Shown: piece by piece, positions 10,212-23,800 of the stretch | Position numbering within the stretch: position 1 is the first letter of the stretch | Layout of the letters: each line of letters opens with the position of its first letter | Assembly (NCBI GenBank): GCA_964057225.1 | Contig: CAXKVF010000073.1 | Location: 682,001-746,000, forward strand | Reading direction: 5' to 3' | From: Auanema rhodensis | Taxonomy: Eukaryota; Animalia; Nematoda | DNA length: 64,000 nucleotides | Notes under the pieces: model-generated | Database searches by the model: none | Seen by the model: the letters and a program-made list of their open reading frames with translations, nothing else | Told to the model about the DNA's origin: nothing | Position numbers and translations under genes: made by a program

Positions 10212-13200
10212 TTTAGACTAATATGGACATGGGGAATCTAATTTTGAAAACCGCATCTCTTTATCTTTCACGTGAAGCGAGTTACATACCAAGTGCACAT
10301 CACGTGTACATTTAATTAGCATAAATTAAAGTTCACGTAAATTTCAAAGTCATGGTTACCATGAACCAATATCAATAAAAATTTGTTTTTAGACTAATAT
10401 GGACATGGGGAATCTAATTTTGAAAACCGCATCTCTTTATCTTTCACGTGAAGCGAGTTACATACCAAGTGCACATCACGTGTACATTTAATTAGCATAA
10501 ATTAAAGTTCACGTAAATTTCAAAGTCATGGTTACCATGAACTAATATCAATAAAAATTTGTTTTTAGACTAATATGGACATGGGGAATCTAATTTTGAA
10601 AACCGCATCTCTTTATCTTTCACGTGAAGCGAGTTACATACCAAGTGCACATCACGTGTACATTTAATTAGCATAAATTAAAGTTCACGTAAATTTCAAA
10701 GTCATGGTTACCATGAACCAATATCAATGAAAATTTGTTTTTAGACTAATATGGACATGGGGAATCTAATTTTGAAAACCGTATCTCTTTATCTTTCACG
10801 TGAAGCGAGTTACATACCAAGTGCACATCACGTGTACATTTAATTAGCATAAATTAAAGTTCACGTAAATTTCAAAGTCATGGTTACCATGAACCAATAT
10901 CAATAAAAATTTGTTTTTAGACTAATATGGACATGAGGAATCTAATTTTGAAAACCGCATCTCTTTATCTTTCACGTGAAGCGAGTTACATACCAAGTGC
11001 ACATCACGTGTACATTTAATTAGCATAATTTAAAGTTCACGTAAATTTCAAAGTCATGGTTACCATGCACCAATATCAATAAAAATTTGTTTTTAGACTA
11101 ATATGAACATGGGGAATCTAATTTTGAAAACCGCATCTCTTTATCTTTCACGTGAAGCGAGTTACATACCAAGTGCACATCACGTGTACATTTAATTAGC
11201 ATAAATTAAAGTTCACGTAAATTTCAAAGTCATGGTTACCATGCACCAATATCAATAAAAATTTGTTTTTAGACTAATATGGACATGGGGAATCTAATTT
11301 TGAAAACCGCATCTCTTTATCTTTCACGTGAAGCGAGTTACATACCAAGTGCACATCACGTGTACATTTAATTAGCATAAATTAAAGTTCACGTAAACTT
11401 CAAAGTCATGGTTACCATGCACCAATATCAATAAAAATTTGTTTTTAGACTAATATGGACATGGGGAATCTAATTTTGAAAACCGCATCTCTTTATCTTT
11501 CACGTGAAGCGAGTTACATACCAAGTGCACATCACGTGTACATTTAATTAGCATAAATTAAAGTTCACGTAAATTTCAAAGTCATGGTTACCATGAAGCA
11601 ATATCAATAAAAATTTGTTTTTAGACTAATATGGACATGGGGAATCTAATTTTGAAAACCACATCTCTTTATCTTTCACGTGAAGCGAGTTACATACCAA
11701 GTGCACATCACGTGTACATTTAATTAGCATAAATTAAAGTTCACGTAAATTTCAAAGTCATGGTTACCATTCACCAATATCAATAAAAATTTGTTTTTAG
11801 ACTAATATGGACATGGGGAATCTAATTTTGAAAACCGCATCTCTTTATCTTTCACGTGAAGCGAGTTACATACCAAGTGCACATCACGTGTACATTTAAT
11901 TAGCATAAATTAAAGTTCACGTAAATTTCAAAGTCATGGTTACCATGCACCAATATCAATAAAAATTTGTTTTTAGACTAATATGGACATGGGGAATCTA
12001 ATTTTGAAAACCGCATCTCTTTATCTTTCACGTGAAGCGAGTTACATACCAAGTGCACATCACGTGTACATTTAATTAGCATAAATTAAAGTTCACGTAA
12101 ATTTCAAAGTCATGGTTACCATGAAGCAATATCAATAAAAATTTGTTTTTAGACTAATATGGACATGGGGAATCTAATTTTGAAAACCGCATCTCTTTAT
12201 CTTTCACGTGAAGCGAGTTACATACCAAGTGCACATCACGTGTACATTTAATTAGCATAAATTAAAGTTCACGTAAATTTCAAAGTCATGGTTACCATGA
12301 ACCAATATCAATAAAAATTTGTTTTTAGACTAATATGGACATGGGGAATCTAATTTTGAAAACCGCATCTCTTTATCTTTCACGTGAAGCGAGTTACATA
12401 CCAAGTGCACATCACGTGTACATTCAATTAGCATAAATTAAAGTTCACGTAAATTTCAAAGTCATGGTTACCATGAACTAATATCAATAAAAATTTGTTT
12501 TTAGACTAATATGGACATGGGGAATCTAATTTTGAAAACCGCATCTCTTTATCTTTCACGTGAAGCGAGTTACATACCAAGTGCACATCACGTGTACATT
12601 TAATTAGCATAAATTAAAGTTCACGTAAATTTCAAAGTCATGGTTACCATGAACCAATATCAATAAAAATTTGTTTTTAGACTAATATGGACATGGGGAA
12701 TCTAATTTTGAAAACCGCATCTCTTTATCTTTCACGTGAAGCGAGTTACATACCAAGTGCACATCACGTGTACATTTAATTAGCATAAATTAAAGTTCAC
12801 GTAAATTTCAAAGTCATGGTTACCATGAACTAATATCAATAAAAATTTGTTTTTAGACTAATATGGACATGGGGAATCTAATTTTGAAAACCGCATCTCT
12901 TTATCTTTCACGTGAAGCGAGTTACATACCAAGTGCACATCACGTGTACAATTAATTAGCATAAATTAAAGTTCACGTAAATTTCAAAGTCATGGTTACC
13001 ATGAAGCAATATCAATAAAAATTTGTTTCTAGACTAATATGGACATGGGGAATCTAATTTTGAAAACCGCATCTCTTTATCTTTCACGTGAAGCGAGTTA
13101 CATACCAAGTGCACATCACGTGTACATTTAATTAGCATAAATTAAAGTTCACGTAAATTTCAAAGTCATGGTTACCATGAACTAATATCAATAAAAATTT

Positions 13201-16200
13201 GTTTTTAGACTAATATGGACATGGGGAATCTAATTTTGAAAACCGCATCTCTTTATCTTTCACGTGAAGCGAGTTACATACCAAGTGCACATCACGTGTA
13301 CATTTAATTAGCATAAATTAAAGTTCACGTAAATTTCAAAGTCATGGTTACCATGAACCAATATCAATAAAAATTTGTTTTTAGACTAATATGGACATGG
13401 GGAATCTAATTTTGAAAACCGCATCTCTTTATCTTTCACGTGAAGCGAGTTACATACCAAGTGCACATCACGTGTACATTCAATTAGCATAAATTAAAGT
13501 TCACGTAAATTTCAAAGTCATGGTTACCATGAACTAATATCAATAAAAATTTGTTTTTAGACTAATATGGACATGGGGAATCTAATTTTGAAAACCGCAT
13601 CTCTTTATCTTTCACGTGAAGCGAGTTACATACCAAGTGCACATCACGTGTACATTTAATTAGCATAAATTAAAGTTCACGTAAATTTCAAAGTCATGGT
13701 TACCATGAACCAATATCAATAAAAATTTGTTTTTAGACTAATATGGACATGGGGAATCTAATTTTGAAAACCGCATCTCTTTATCTTTCACGTGAAGCGA
13801 GTTACATACCAAGTGCACATCACGTGTACATTTAATTAGCATAAATTAAAGTTCACGTAAATTTCAAAGTCATGGTTACCATGAACTAATATCAATAAAA
13901 ATTTGTTTTTAGACTAATATGGACATGGGGAATCTAATTTTGAAAACCGCATCTCTTTATCTTTCACGTGAAGCGAGTTACATACCAAGTGCACATCACG
14001 TGTACAATTAATTAGCATAAATTAAAGTTCACGTAAATTTCAAAGTCATGGTTACCATGAAGCAATATCAATAAAAATTTGTTTCTAGACTAATATGGAC
14101 ATGGGGAATCTAATTTTGAAAACCGCATCTCTTTATCTTTCACGTGAAGCGAGTTACATACCAAGTGCACATCACGTGTACATTTAATTAGCATAAATTA
14201 AAGTTCACGTAAATTTCAAAGTCATGGTTACCATGAACTAATATCAATAAAAATTTGTTTTTAGACTAATATGGACATGGGGAATCTAATTTTGAAAACC
14301 GCATCTCTTTATCTTTCACGTGAAGCGAGTTACATACCAAGTGCACATCACGTGTACATTTAATTAGCATAAATTAAAGTTCACGTAAATTTCAAAGTCA
14401 TGGTTACCATGAACCAATATCAATAAAAATTTGTTTTTAGACTAATATGGACATGGGGAATCTAATTTTGAAAACCGCATCTCTTTATCTTTCACGTGAA
14501 GCGAGTTACATACCAAGTGCACATCACGTGTACATTTAATTAGCATAAATTAAAGTTCACGTAAATTTCAAAGTCATGGTTACCATGAACTAATATCAAT
14601 AAAAATTTGTTTTTAGACTAATATGGACATGGGGAATTTAATTTTGAAAACCGCATCTCTTTATCTTTCACGTGAAGCGAGTTACATACCAAGTGCACAT
14701 CACGTGTACAATTAATTAGCATAAATTAAAGTTCACGTAAATTTCAAAGTCATGGTTACCATGAAGCAATATCAATAAAAATTTGTTTTTAGACTAATAT
14801 GGACATGGGGAATCTAATTTTGAAAACCGCATCTCTTTATCTTTCACGTGAAGCGAGTTACATACCAAGTGCACATCACGTGTACATTTAATTAGCATAA
14901 ATTAAAGTTCACGTAAATTTCAAAGTCATGGTTACCATGAACTAATATCAATAAAAATTTGTTTTTAGACTAATATGGACATGGGGAATCTAATTTTGAA
15001 AACCGCATCTCTTTATCTTTCACGTGAAGCGAGTTACATACCAAGTGCACATCACGTGTACATTTAATTAGCATAAATTAAAGTTCACGTAAATTTCAAA
15101 GTCATGGTTACCATGAACCAATATCAATAAAAATTTGTTTTTAGACTAATATGGACATGGGGAATCTAATTTTGAAAACCGCATCTCTTTATCTTTCACG
15201 TGAAGCGAGTTACATACCAAGTGCACATCACGTGTACATTTAATTAGCATAAATTAAAGTTCACGTAAATTTCAAAGTCATGGTTACCATGAACCAATAT
15301 CAATAAAAATTTGTTTTTAAACTAATATGGACATGGGGAATCTAATTTTGAAAACCGCATCTCTTTATCTTTCACGTGAAGCGAGTTACATACCAAGTGC
15401 ACATCACGTGTACATTTAATTAGCATAAATTAAAGTTCACGTAAATTTCAAAGTCATGGTTACCATGAACCAATATCAATAAAAATTTGTTTTTAGACTA
15501 ATATGGACATGGGGAATCTAATTTTGAAAACCGCATCTCTTTATCTTTCACGTGAAGCGAGTTACATACCAAGTGCACATCACGTGTACATTTAATTAGC
15601 ATAAATTAAAGTTCACGTAAATTTCAAAGTCATGGTTACCATGAACCAATATCAATAAAAATTTGTTTTTAGACTAATATGGACATGGGGAATCTAATTT
15701 TGAAAACCGCATCTCTTTATCTTTCACGTGAAGCGAGTTACATACCAAGTGCACATCACGTGTACATTTAATTAGCATAAATTAAAGTTCACGTAAATTT
15801 CAAAGTCATGGTTACCATGAACTAATATCAATAAAAATTTGTTTTTAGACTAATATGGACATGGGGAATCTAATTTTGAAAACCGCATCTCTTTATCTTT
15901 CACGTGAAGCGAGTTACATACCAAGTGCACATCACGTGTACATTTAATTAGCATAAATTAAAGTTCACGTAAATTTCAAAGTCATGGTTACCATGAACCA
16001 ATATCAATAAAAATTTGTTTTTAGACTAATATGGACATGGGGAATCTAATTTTAAAAACCGCATCTCTTTATCTTTCACGTGAAGCGAGTTACATACCAA
16101 GTGCACATCACGTGTACATTTAATTAGCATAAATTAAAGTTCACGTAAATTTCAAAGTCATGGTTACCATGAACCAATATCAATAAAAATTTGTTTTTAG

Positions 16201-19200
16201 ACTAATATGGACATGGGGAATCTAATTTTGAAAACCGCATCTCTTTATCTTTCACGTGAAGCGAGTTACATACCAAGTGCACATCACGTGTACATTTAAT
16301 TAGCATAAATTAAAGTTCACGTAAATTTCAAAGTCATGGTTACCATGAACCAATATCAATAAAAATTTGTTTTTAGACTAATATGGACATGGGGAATCTA
16401 ATTTTGAAAACCGCATCTCTTTATCTTTCACGTGAAGCGAGTTACATACCAAGTGCACATCACGTGTACATTTAATTAGCATAAATTAAAGTTCACGTAA
16501 ATTTCAAAGTCATGGTTACCATGAACTAATATCAATAAAAATTTGTTTTTAGACTAATATGGACATGGGGAATCTAATTTTGAAAACCGCATCTCTTTAT
16601 CTTTCACGTGAAGCGAGTTACATACCAAGTGCACATCACGTGTACATTTAATTAGCATAAATTAAAGTTCACGTAAATTTCAAAGTCATGGTTACCATGA
16701 ACCAATATCAATAAAAATTTGTTTTTAGACTAATATGGACATGGGGAATCTAATTTTAAAAACCGCATCTCTTTATCTTTCACGTGAAGCGAGTTACATA
16801 CCAAGTGCACATCACGTGTACATTTAATTAGCATAAATTAAAGTTCACGTAAATTTCAAAGTCATGGTTACCATGAACCAATATCAATAAAAATTTGTTT
16901 TTAGACTAATATGGACATGGGGAATCTAATTTTGAAAACCGCATCTCTTTATCTTTCACGTGAAGCGAGTTACATACCAAGTGCACATCACGTGTACATT
17001 TAATTAGCATAAATTAAAGTTCACGTAAATTTCAAAGTCATGGTTACCATGAACCAATATCAATAAAAATTTGTTTTTAGACTAATATGGACATGGGGAA
17101 TCTAATTTTGAAAACCGCATCTCTTTATCTTTCACGTGAAGCGAGTTACATACCAAGTGCACATCACGTGTACATTTAATTAGCATAAATTAAAGTTCAC
17201 GTAAATTTCAAAGTCATGGTTACCATGCACCAATATCAATAAAAATTTGTTTTTAGACTAATATGAACATGGGGAATCTAATTTTGAAAACCGCATCTCT
17301 TTATCTTTCACGTGAAGCGAGTTACATACCAAGTGCACATCACGTGTACATTTAATTAGCATAAATTAAAGTTCACGTAAATTTCAAAGTCATGGTTACC
17401 ATGAACCAATATCAATAAAAATTTGTTTTTAGACTAATATGGACATGGGGAATCTAATTTTGAAAACCGCATCTCTTTATCTTTCACGTGAAGCGAGTTA
17501 CATACCAAGTGCACATCACGTTTACATTTAATTAGCATAAATTAAAGTTCACGTAAATTTCAAAGTCATGGTTACCATGCACCAATATCAATAAAAATTT
17601 GTTTTTAGACTAATATGGACATGGGGAATCTAATTTTGAAAACCGCATCTCTTTATCTTTCACGTGAAGCGAGTTACATACCAAGTGCACATTACGTGTA
17701 CATTTAATTAGCATAAATTAAAGTTCACGTAAATTTCAAAGTCATGGTTACCATGAACCAATATCAATAAAAATTTGTTTTTAGACTAATATGGACATGG
17801 GGAATCTAATTTTGAAAACCGCATCTCTTCATCTTTCACGTGAAGCGAGTTACATACCAAGTGCACATCACGTGTACATTTAATTAGCATAAATTAAAGT
17901 TCACGTAAATTTCAAAGTCATGGTTACCATGCACCAATATCAATAAAAATTTGTTTTTAGACTAATATGGACATGGGGAATCTAATTTTGAAAACCGCAT
18001 CTCTTTTTCTTTCACGTGAAGCGAGTTACATACCAAGTGCACATCACGTGTACATTTAATTAGCATAAATTAAAGTTCACGTAAATTTCAAAGTCATGGT
18101 TACCATGAACCAATATCAATAAAAATTTGTTTTTAGACTAATATGGACATGGGGAATCTAATTTTGAAAACCGCATCTCTTTATCTTTCACGTGAAGCGA
18201 GTTACATACCAAGTGCACATCACGTGTACAATTAATTAGCATAAATTAAAGTTCACGTAAATTTCAAAGTCATGGTTACCATGAAGCAATATCAATAAAA
18301 ATTTGTTTCTAGACTAATATGGACATGGGGAATCTAATTTTGAAAACCGCATCTCTTTATCTTTCACGTGAAGCGAGTTACATACCAAGTGCACATCACG
18401 TGTACATTTAATTAGCATAAATTAAAGTTCACGTAAATTTCAAAGTCATGGTTACCATGAAGCAATATCAATAAAAATTTGTTTTTAGACTAATATGGAC
18501 ATGGGGAATCTAATTTTGAAAACCACATCTCTTTATCTTTCACGTGAAGCGAGTTACATACCAAGTGCACATCACGTGTACATTTAATTAGCATAAATTA
18601 AAGTTCACGTAAATTTCAAAGTCATGGTTACCATGAACCAATATCAATAAAAATTTGTTTTTAGACTAATATGGACATGGGGAATCTAATTTTGAAAACC
18701 GCATCTCTTTATCTTTCACGTGAAGCGAGTTACATACCAAGTGCACATCACGTGTACATTTAATTAGCATAAATTAAAGTTCACGTAAATTTCAAAGTCA
18801 TGGTTACCATGAACTAATATCAATAAAAATTTGTTTTTAGACTAATATGGACATGGGGAATCTAATTTTGAAAACCGCATCTCTTCATCTTTCACGTGAA
18901 GCGAGTTACATACCAAGTGCACATCACGTGTACATTTAATTAGCATAAATTAAAGTTCACGTAAATTTCAAAGTCATGGTTACCATGCACCAATATCAAT
19001 AAAAATTTGTTTTTAGACTAATATGGACATGGGGAATCTAATTTTGAAAACCGCATCTCTTTTTCTTTCACGTGAAGCGAGTTACATACCAAGTGCACAT
19101 CACGTGTACATTTAATTAGCATAAATTAAAGTTCACGTAAATTTCAAAGTCATGGTTACCATGAACCAATATCAATAAAAATTTGTTTTTAGACTAATAT

Positions 19201-20771
19201 GGACATGGGGAATCTAATTTTGAAAACCGCATCTCTTTATCTTTCACGTGAAGCGAGTTACATACCAAGTGCACATCACGTGTACAATTAATTAGCATAA
19301 ATTAAAGTTCACGTAAATTTCAAAGTCATGGTTACCATGAAGCAATATCAATAAAAATTTGTTTCTAGACTAATATGGACATGGGGAATCTAATTTTGAA
19401 AACCGCATCTCTTTATCTTTCACGTGAAGCGAGTTACATACCAAGTGCACATCACGTGTACATTTAATTAGCATAAATTAAAGTTCACGTAAATTTCAAA
19501 GTCATGGTTACCATGAAGCAATATCAATAAAAATTTGTTTTTAGACTAATATGGACATGGGGAATCTAATTTTGAAAACCACATCTCTTTATCTTTCACG
19601 TGAAGCGAGTTACATACCAAGTGCACATCACGTGTACATTTAATTAGCATAAATTAAAGTTCACGTAAATTTCAAAGTCATGGTTACCATGAACCAATAT
19701 CAATAAAAATTTGTTTTTAGACTAATATGGACATGGGGAATCTAATTTTGAAAACCGCATCTCTTTATCTTTCACGTGAAGCGAGTTACATACCAAGTGC
19801 ACATCACGTGTACATTTAATTAGCATAAATTAAAGTTCACGTAAATTTCAAAGTCATGGTTACCATGAACTAATATCAATAAAAATTTGTTTTTAGACTA
19901 ATATGGACATGGGGAATCTAATTTTGAAAACCGCATCTCTTTATCTTTCACGTGAAGCGAGTTACATACCGAGTGCACATCACGTGTACATTTAATTAGC
20001 ATAAATTAAAGTTCACGTAAATTTCAAAGTCATGGTTACCATGAACCAATATCAATAAAAATTTGTTTTTAGACTAATATGGACATGGGGAATCTAATTT
20101 TGAAAACCGCATCTCTTTATCTTTCACGTGAAGCGAGTTACATACCAAGTGCACATCACGTGTACATTTAATTAGCATAAATTAAAGTTCACGTAAATTT
20201 CAAAGTCATGGTTACCATGAACCAATATCAATAAAAATTTGTTTTTAGACTAATATGGACATGGGGAATCTAATTTTGAAAACCGCATCTCTTTATCTTT
20301 CACGTGAAGCGAGTTACATACCAAGTGCACATCACGTGTACATTTAATTAGCATAAATTAAAGTTCACGTAAATTTCAAAGTCATGGTTACCATGAACCA
20401 ATATCAATAAAAATTTGTTTTTAGACTAATATGGACATGGGGAATCTAATTTTGAAAACCGCATCTCTTTATCTTTCACGTGAAGCGAGTTACATACCAA
20501 GTGCACATCACGTGTACATTTAATTAGCATAAATTAAAGTTCACGTAAATTTCAAAGTCATGGTTACCATGCACCAATATCAATAAAAATTTGTTTTTAG
20601 ACTAATATGAACATGGGGAATCTAATTTTGAAAACCGCATCTCTTTATCTTTCACGTGAAGCGAGTTACATACCAAGTGCACATCACGTGTACATTTAAT
20701 TAGCATAAATTAAAGTTCACGTAAATTTCAAAGTCATGGTTACCATGAACCAATATCAATAAAAATTTGTT

Positions 20772-20870
20772 TTTAGACTAATATGGACATGGGGAATCTA
20801 ATTTTGAAAACCGCATCTCTTTATCTTTCACGTGAAGCGAGTTACATACCAAGTGCAATAAAAATTTGTT
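20772..20870 (+). repeat. Truncated 99-bp monomer (77-bp internal deletion of consensus 87-163)
   Basis: Junction ...CCAAGTGCA|ATAAAAATTTG... at 20857/20858. The next monomer starts at 20871 instead of 20948. Confidence 0.97.
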
Positions 20871-23800
20871 TTTAGACTAATATGGACATGGGGAATCTAA
20901 TTTTGAAAACCGCATCTCTTCATCTTTCACGTGAAGCGAGTTACATACCAAGTGCACATCACGTGTACATTTAATTAGCATAAATTAAAGTTCACGTAAA
21001 TTTCAAAGTCATGGTTACCATGCACCAATATCAATAAAAATTTGTTTTTAGACTAATATGGACATGGGGAATCTAATTTTGAAAACCGCATCTCTTTTTC
21101 TTTCACGTGAAGCGAGTTACATACCAAGTGCACATCACGTGTACATTTAATTAGCATAAATTAAAGTTCACGTAAATTTCAAAGTCATGGTTACCATGCA
21201 CCAATATCAATAAAAATTTGTTTTTAGACTAATATGGACATGGGGAATCTAATTTTGAAAACCGCATCTCTTTATCTTTCACGTGAAGCGAGTTACATAC
21301 CAAGTGCACATCACGTGTACAATTAATTAGCATAAATTAAAGTTCACGTAAATTTCAAAGTCATGGTTACCATGAAGGAATATCAATAAAAATTTGTTTC
21401 TAGACTAATATGGACATGGGGAATCTAATTTTGAAAACCGCATCTCTTTATCTTTCACGTGAAGCGAGTTACATACCAAGTGCACATCACGTGTACATTT
21501 AATTAGCATAAATTAAAGTTCACGTAAATTTCAAAGTCATGGTTACCATGAAGCAATATCAATAAAAATTTGTTTTTAGACTAATATGGACATGGGGAAT
21601 CTAATTTTGAAAACCACATCTCTTTATCTTTCACGTGAAGCGAGTTACATACCAAGTGCACATCACGTGTACATTTAATTAGCATAAATTAAAGTTCACG
21701 TAAATTTCAAAGTCATGGTTACCATGAACCAATATCAATAAAAATTTGTTTTTAGACTAATATGGACATGGGGAATCTAATTTTGAAAACCGCATCTCTT
21801 TATCTTTCACGTGAAGCGAGTTACATACCAAGTGCACATCACGTGTACATTTAATTAGCATAAATTAAAGTTCACGTAAATTTCAAAGTCATGGTTACCA
21901 TGAACTAATATCAATAAAAATTTGTTTTTAGACTAATATGGACATGGGGAATCTAATTTTGAAAACCGCATCTCTTTATCTTTCACGTGAAGCGAGTTAC
22001 ATACCAAGTGCACATCACGTGTACAATTAATTAGCATAAATTAGAGTTCACGTAAATTTCAAAGTCATGGTTACCATGAAGCAATATCAATAAAAATTTG
22101 TTTCTAGACTAATATGGACATGGGGAATCTAATTTTGAAAACCGCATCTCTTTATCTTTCACGTGAAGCGAGTTACATACCAAGTGCACATCACGTGTAC
22201 ATTTAATTAGCATAAATTAAAGTTCACGTAAATTTCAAAGTCATGGTTACCATGAACCAATATCAATAAAAATTTGTTTTTAGACTAATATGGACATGAG
22301 GAATCTAATTTTGAAAACCGCATCTCTTTATCTTTCACGTGAAGCGAGTTACATACCAAGTGCACATCACGTGTACATTTAATTAGCATAAATTAAAGTT
22401 CACGTAAATTTCAAAGTCATGGTTACCATGAACTAATATCAATAAAAATTTGTTTTTAGACTAATATGGACATGGGGAATCTAATTTTGAAAACCGCATC
22501 TCTTTATCTTTCACGTGAAGCGAGTTACATACCAAGTGCACATCACGTGTACATTTAATTAGCATAAATTAAAGTTCACGTAAATTTCAAAGTCATGGTT
22601 ACCATGAACCAATATCAATAAAAATTTGTTTCTAGACTAATATGGACATGGGGAATCTAATTTTGAAAACCGCATCTCTTTATCTTTCACGTGAAGCGAG
22701 TTACATACCAAGTGCACATCACGTGTACATTTAATTAGCATAAATTAAAGTTCACGTAAATTTCAAAGTCATGGTTACCATGAACTAATATCAATAAAAA
22801 TTTGTTTTTAGACTAATATGGACATGGGGAATCTAATTTTGAAAACCGCATCTCTTTATCTTTCACGTGAAGCGAGTTACATACCAAGTGCACATCACGT
22901 GTACAATTAATTAGCATAAATTAGAGTTCACGTAAATTTCAAAGTCATGGTTACCATGAAGCAATATCAATAAAAATTTGTTTCTAGACTAATATGGACA
23001 TGGGGAATCTAATTTTGAAAACCGCATCTCTTTATCTTTCACGTGAAGCGAGTTACATACCAAGTGCACATCACGTGTACATTTAATTAGCATAAATTAA
23101 AGTTCACGTAAATTTCAAAGTCATGGTTACCATGAACCAATATCAATAAAAATTTGTTTTTAGACTAATATGGACATGAGGAATCTAATTTTGAAAACCG
23201 CATCTCTTTATCTTTCACGTGAAGCGAGTTACATACCAAGTGCACATCACGTGTACATTTAATTAGCATAAATTAAAGTTCACGTAAATTTCAAAGTCAT
23301 GGTTACCATGAACTAATATCAATAAAAATTTGTTTTTAGACTAATATGGACATGGGGAATCTAATTTTGAAAACCGCATCTCTTTATCTTTCACGTGAAG
23401 CGAGTTACATACCAAGTGCACATCACGTGTACATTTAATTAGCATAAATTAAAGTTCACGTAAATTTCAAAGTCATGGTTACCATGAACCAATATCAATA
23501 AAAATTTGTTTTTAGACTAATATGGACATGGGGAATCTAATTTTGAAAACCGCATCTCTTTATCTTTCACGTGAAGCGAGTTACATACCAAGTGCACATC
23601 ACGTGTACATTTAATTAGCATAAATTAAAGTTCACGTAAATTTCAAAGTCATGGTTACCATGAACTAATATCAATAAAAATTTGTTTTTAGACTAATATG
23701 GACATGGGGAATCTAATTTTGAAAACCGCATCTCTTTATCTTTCACGTGAAGCGAGTTACATACCAAGTGCACATCACGTGTACATTTAATTAGCATAAA

